From the NCBI GenBank assembly GCA_001770205.1, contig MEQL01000039.1:260787-324786 (forward strand): 64,000 nucleotides of DNA, written 5' to 3'. This stretch comes from Bdellovibrionales bacterium RIFOXYD12_FULL_39_22. Its GTDB lineage: Bacteria; Bdellovibrionota; Bacteriovoracia; Bacteriovoracales; Bacteriovoracaceae. Below are positions 60,249 to 64,000 of this stretch, piece by piece (positions within the stretch are counted from its first letter, which is position 1; every line of letters starts with the position of its first letter). The notes below the pieces were generated by a model. It did not search any database and was not told the origin of the DNA. It saw only the letters and a list, made by a program, of their open reading frames with translations. The position numbers and the translations under genes are program-made.

Positions 60249-62862
60249 ACAACCAAGTAAATTAATAATCATTGATTTAAGCAATTTTATTTTTCGCGCT
60301 TTTTATGCTATCCGCCCACTGAACACTCCCGACGGAACACCGGTCAATGCAGTTCATGGCGTTCTTTCCATGCTTTTAAAGCTTCTCTCTGATTACCAAC
60401 CAACTCATCTATTAATTGCCAAAGATTCTGGCCGGGATACTTTCCGACGCGAAATCTATCCTGATTATAAGGCCAACCGCAGCGAAACTCCCGCCGAACT
60501 CATTCCACAATTTGCCATTATCGACCAGCTTATTGCGGCCATGCAGATTCCCGTTGTGGCCCGAGCTAAATTTGAAGCAGATGATGTTATTGGAAGCGCA
60601 GTTACCCAGTGGAAAAATGAATTCGATTCTATTTTGGTGGCCACCGGCGATAAAGACATCATGCAGTTTGTGGATGATAAGGTAAAAATTCTCGATACCA
60701 TGAAAGGGCAAATTTTAGGTGTCGAAGAAGTTATAAAAAAAATGGGTGTTCGCCCATCACAAATTGTTGATTACCTCTCCATTATAGGCGATAGCTCTGA
60801 TAACATTCCTGGAATGAAGGGCATTGGCCCCAAAGGGGCCAGCAAGCTACTAGAAGAATTTACCACCTTAGAAAAATGCATTGAGATGCGAGCAACTTTT
60901 CACGGAAAAAAATTACAAGATGCTTTTTCTCTACACTTAGAAGACGCGCTGCTTTCTAAAAAACTAGTAGAAATTGTGGTAAACATCGACTTGGGAATTA
61001 CTCCCTCCATGTCCCAATATAATTTTTCTCCCACTCCTCAATTATATGAACTACTTCATTCATTGGGTTTTAAATCCATGTTGGCAAAGATTGAATCCAT
61101 CCGGCCCAATCCGCAGGCCCCGGCCATTGCTCAGAACAGTTTTAACTTAATCGTTGTTGATGACACACAAAAACTTAACGCCTTTGAACAATTTCTTACA
61201 GGCAATACTACTTTTGCCACCCATCTTAGCTATGACTCCACTGATTTATTTACTCGAAAAATAACCACCTTCACCATTGCGGGAGAAGGCAGTGATGTCT
61301 ATTTTTTATCTCCGGCCAATCTTTCTCTCAATCTCGATAATTATCTATCTCAGCTTTGGCCCATACCAACAAAAAAAATAATCTCTGCCAATCTAAAAGA
61401 AGATTTTAAATATCTGCTCGCACACAACATTGACATTCAGGCAAAAAGTTTTGATATAACCCAGGCGCACTATGTTATTGATCCCGGGAAAAATCATACC
61501 CCTTCTTCAATTATTCAAGAGCTTTTTCAAACAGATCTTGAAGAATTAGGTGGCCATTTTGGGAAACAAGCCTACTACGCCCTTAAAGCATATCCTCTTC
61601 TACTTTCAAAGCTAGAGCAATTGCAACTCTCCTCCATCTATTTTGATGTGGATACTCCCATGCTTTTAATTTTGGCAAAAATGGAATTGGCCGGAGTATT
61701 ACTCAACGGAAAATTTCTGCGCACCCTAGAAGAGGAGTTTGAATCCAAACTATCGTCTATTGAAAAGTCTATCTCCAATCAACTTCAAGATGGATTAAAC
61801 GATATTAACTTAAAATCCCCCAAACAAGTCTCTGAATTATTATTTGAAAAATTAAAACTGCCCATTATTAGAAAAACCAAAACGGGAAACTCTACTGACA
61901 CAGACGTTTTACAGGAATTAGCGGCCATGAATCTCAGCGAAATTCCCTCCCTTATTATTTCATATCGTGAAATAGATAAGCTTCTATCTACATATGTGAA
62001 GGCCCTTCCCCAATTAATAAATCCAACCTCCCGGCGGATTCACACAATCTTTAGTCTTAGCACGGCGGCCACCGGAAGACTTAGCTCTCTTCATCCTAAT
62101 TTGCAAAATATTCCCGTTCGCACAGAAGAAGGACGAAAAATTCGCAAGGCCTTTATCGCCACTCCAGGAAAGCTTCTTCTCTCCGCCGATTACTCCCAAA
62201 TTGAATTGCGTATTCTGGCGCACATGTCTGGTGATCCTAAAATGATACAGGCCTTTGCACACAACGAAGATATACATCGTCAAACCGCCGCAGAAATTTT
62301 GGCAATTCCATTGGCCGCGGTGACTAAAGAGGAGCGCTCTCGCGCAAAGGCCGTCAACTTCGGCCTTATGTATGGCCAATCTTCTTTTGGATTAGCGCAA
62401 GAATTAGGTATCTCGCGCAATGACGCTAAAGATTACATTATAAAATATTTTGAGCGTTTTGCGGGCGTGAAAACTTATCTTGACTCCCTTCGTGAATTTT
62501 GTGAATCCCACGGCCATGCTCAAACCTTACAAGGCCGCAAGCGCTTCATTCCCGAAATTCATTCACAAAACCGCAATATTAAGCTTTTCGGTGAACGCAT
62601 GGCCATTAACAGCCCTATTCAAGGAACGGCCGCTGATTTATTAAAAACTGCTATGATTAGGATAGAAGCAGAAATGAATCGCCTTCATATAAAATCTAAA
62701 ATGCTTATCCAAGTTCACGATGAATTGATTTTTGAAGTCGAAGAGAGCGAACTTGGACAAATGAAGCAGATCGTTCGTGAAAAAATGGAAAATGCTGCGA
62801 CATTAAAAGTACCTCTTAAAGTCGATATGAAAATTGGGGTTAATTGGTTTGATTTAAAATAA
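60241..62862 (+). CDS. polA: DNA polymerase I
   Basis: 5'-3' exonuclease 'FRAFYA...EADDVI', polymerase 'ADYSQIELRILAH', 'KAVNFGLMYG', 'QVHDEL'. Confidence 0.97.
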   Translation: MSKQPSKLIIIDLSNFIFRAFYAIRPLNTPDGTPVNAVHGVLSMLLKLLSDYQPTHLLIAKDSGRDTFRREIYPDYKANRSETPAELIPQFAIIDQLIAAMQIPVVARAKFEADDVIGSAVTQWKNEFDSILVATGDKDIMQFVDDKVKILDTMKGQILGVEEVIKKMGVRPSQIVDYLSIIGDSSDNIPGMKGIGPKGASKLLEEFTTLEKCIEMRATFHGKKLQDAFSLHLEDALLSKKLVEIVVNIDLGITPSMSQYNFSPTPQLYELLHSLGFKSMLAKIESIRPNPQAPAIAQNSFNLIVVDDTQKLNAFEQFLTGNTTFATHLSYDSTDLFTRKITTFTIAGEGSDVYFLSPANLSLNLDNYLSQLWPIPTKKIISANLKEDFKYLLAHNIDIQAKSFDITQAHYVIDPGKNHTPSSIIQELFQTDLEELGGHFGKQAYYALKAYPLLLSKLEQLQLSSIYFDVDTPMLLILAKMELAGVLLNGKFLRTLEEEFESKLSSIEKSISNQLQDGLNDINLKSPKQVSELLFEKLKLPIIRKTKTGNSTDTDVLQELAAMNLSEIPSLIISYREIDKLLSTYVKALPQLINPTSRRIHTIFSLSTAATGRLSSLHPNLQNIPVRTEEGRKIRKAFIATPGKLLLSADYSQIELRILAHMSGDPKMIQAFAHNEDIHRQTAAEILAIPLAAVTKEERSRAKAVNFGLMYGQSSFGLAQELGISRNDAKDYIIKYFERFAGVKTYLDSLREFCESHGHAQTLQGRKRFIPEIHSQNRNIKLFGERMAINSPIQGTAADLLKTAMIRIEAEMNRLHIKSKMLIQVHDELIFEVEESELGQMKQIVREKMENAATLKVPLKVDMKIGVNWFDLK

Positions 62863-62878
62863 TAACAAGGAGTATGAA

Positions 62879-63265
62879 ATGAAACAAAGTAAACTAACTA
62901 CGGTTGTGAGCATTATTTTCGTTCTTTTGGTTTTCTCGATCATCACTGGTTTTTTCCCTGAGAACTCAACTTTTACTATAAATGGCACAGAAATTAACAA
63001 TCCTATTGTTAATTTCTTTGGTGGAATCGTAGGCCTAATAATTTCCACTGTTGTGCTTTTTTGTGTGGGGATTTTACTTCTTTTTATTTTTTCAGGACTT
63101 GGAGCTATCTTTCTTTCTGTCGGCCTTTTTATTATCGCGTTAATGGCAACTATTGCTCTTCCCTTTTTACTACCGATTATAGCTCCCTTGGCCATCCTTT
63201 TTGCTTTTTTATATTTCCAGCGGAAAAAGAACAAAAACGAACCATCTATTACCAATGCTGCATAA
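62879..63265 (+). CDS. Hypothetical integral membrane protein
   Basis: AAGGAG SD; very hydrophobic with a basic C-terminal tail. Confidence 0.7.
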   Translation: MKQSKLTTVVSIIFVLLVFSIITGFFPENSTFTINGTEINNPIVNFFGGIVGLIISTVVLFCVGILLLFIFSGLGAIFLSVGLFIIALMATIALPFLLPIIAPLAILFAFLYFQRKKNKNEPSITNAA

Positions 63266-63378
63266 ATTTATCTGGGTGTTGCCCCCCAATATAAAAAAAT
63301 CCTTTTCTAGATGATCCTGTATTTTCAGGCAATTACCTGTTGTAGATTTATCTTTAGAACTTTCTTTTTTTGTCACCC

Positions 63379-63406
63379 TTGACAATGATCCAAGCCATAT
63401 TAGATT
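63379..63406 (+). promoter_or_regulatory. Probable sigma70-type groESL promoter
   Basis: TTGACA-16nt-TAGATT upstream of groES. Confidence 0.55.
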
Positions 63407-63464
63407 GTTGCACGCTAAACAAACTAACAACGTCAACAGACTATTTTATAAACTGGAGGTTCAA

Positions 63465-63755
63465 ATGCAAGTACGACCATTACATGACAGAGTTCTAGTT
63501 AAGAGACTAGACGAAGAAACCAAAACCGCAGGCGGAATTATTATTCCTGACACTCACACCGAAAAACCATCTCAGGGCGAAGTTGTTGCCACCGGCAAAG
63601 GAAAAAAACTTGATGATGGCACCATTAGTAAAATGGATGTTAAAGAAGGTGACAGAATTCTTTTTGGCAAATATGCCGGAACAGAGGTGAAAGTTAACGG
63701 CAAAGAACTTCTGATAATGAAAGAAGATGACATCTTGGGAATCATAGAAAAATAG
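63465..63755 (+). CDS. groES: Co-chaperonin GroES
   Basis: GGAGG SD; '[11 protein letters not shown]...TAGGIIIPD'. Confidence 0.97.
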   Translation: MQVRPLHDRVLVKRLDEETKTAGGIIIPDTHTEKPSQGEVVATGKGKKLDDGTISKMDVKEGDRILFGKYAGTEVKVNGKELLIMKEDDILGIIEK

Positions 63756-63798
63756 TAAAAAAAATCGATAATCATAATATTAAAAAAATTAGGAGTAA

Positions 63799-64000
<202 letters not shown>

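Noticed and set aside
63407..63440. CIRCE element before groES
   Set aside because: Only a weak left-half resemblance (GTTGCACGC); no GAGTGCTAA arm.
222..63775. Numerous short overlapping or antisense ORFs in the track (e.g. 903..1130, 3392..3715, 3791..4123, 62854..63255)
   Set aside because: Most lie opposite or inside well-supported genes; none has a recognisable motif or convincing SD.

Overview
AT-rich bacterial chromosome segment. Gene content (Agl/Glt gliding genes, Cys-rich secreted proteins, a giant RCC1-repeat lipoprotein, Tad/Flp pilin) suggests a predatory Bdellovibrionota, probably Bacteriovoracia-like; this is inference. Bases ~1-8 kb are accessory: a pentaheme cytochrome, an AAA+/DUF4143 ATPase, a complete IS1595-family element (25-bp TIRs, 8-bp TSD) inserted in the signal peptide of a 3-repeat Cys lipoprotein, a doubly frameshifted HExxH peptidase, Bro-N, a HigBA-type TA pair and a small secreted protein. 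The rest is mostly core: DTW protein, MCP, lolA-smc, an ATP-grasp/GNAT/response-regulator operon, a six-gene glt-like cluster, addAB-like genes, a second AAA+/DUF4143 ATPase, a 3092-aa adhesin-like lipoprotein, hutI, VIT1-rubrerythrin, TlpA, pilin-glpK-MCP, a sigma54-type secreted hydrolase, a lytic transglycosylase, mrp, an aglRQS-like motor, gmhA, trxA, polA and groES-groEL(5'). No rRNA, tRNA or CRISPR was seen. Most notable: strong GGCC over-representation in core but not accessory DNA; a shared motif just 3' of four accessory genes; a circularly permuted GLUG-like domain inserted into an RCC1 blade; leaderless, repeat-covered promoters on both DUF4143 ATPases; and a probable CTG start codon.
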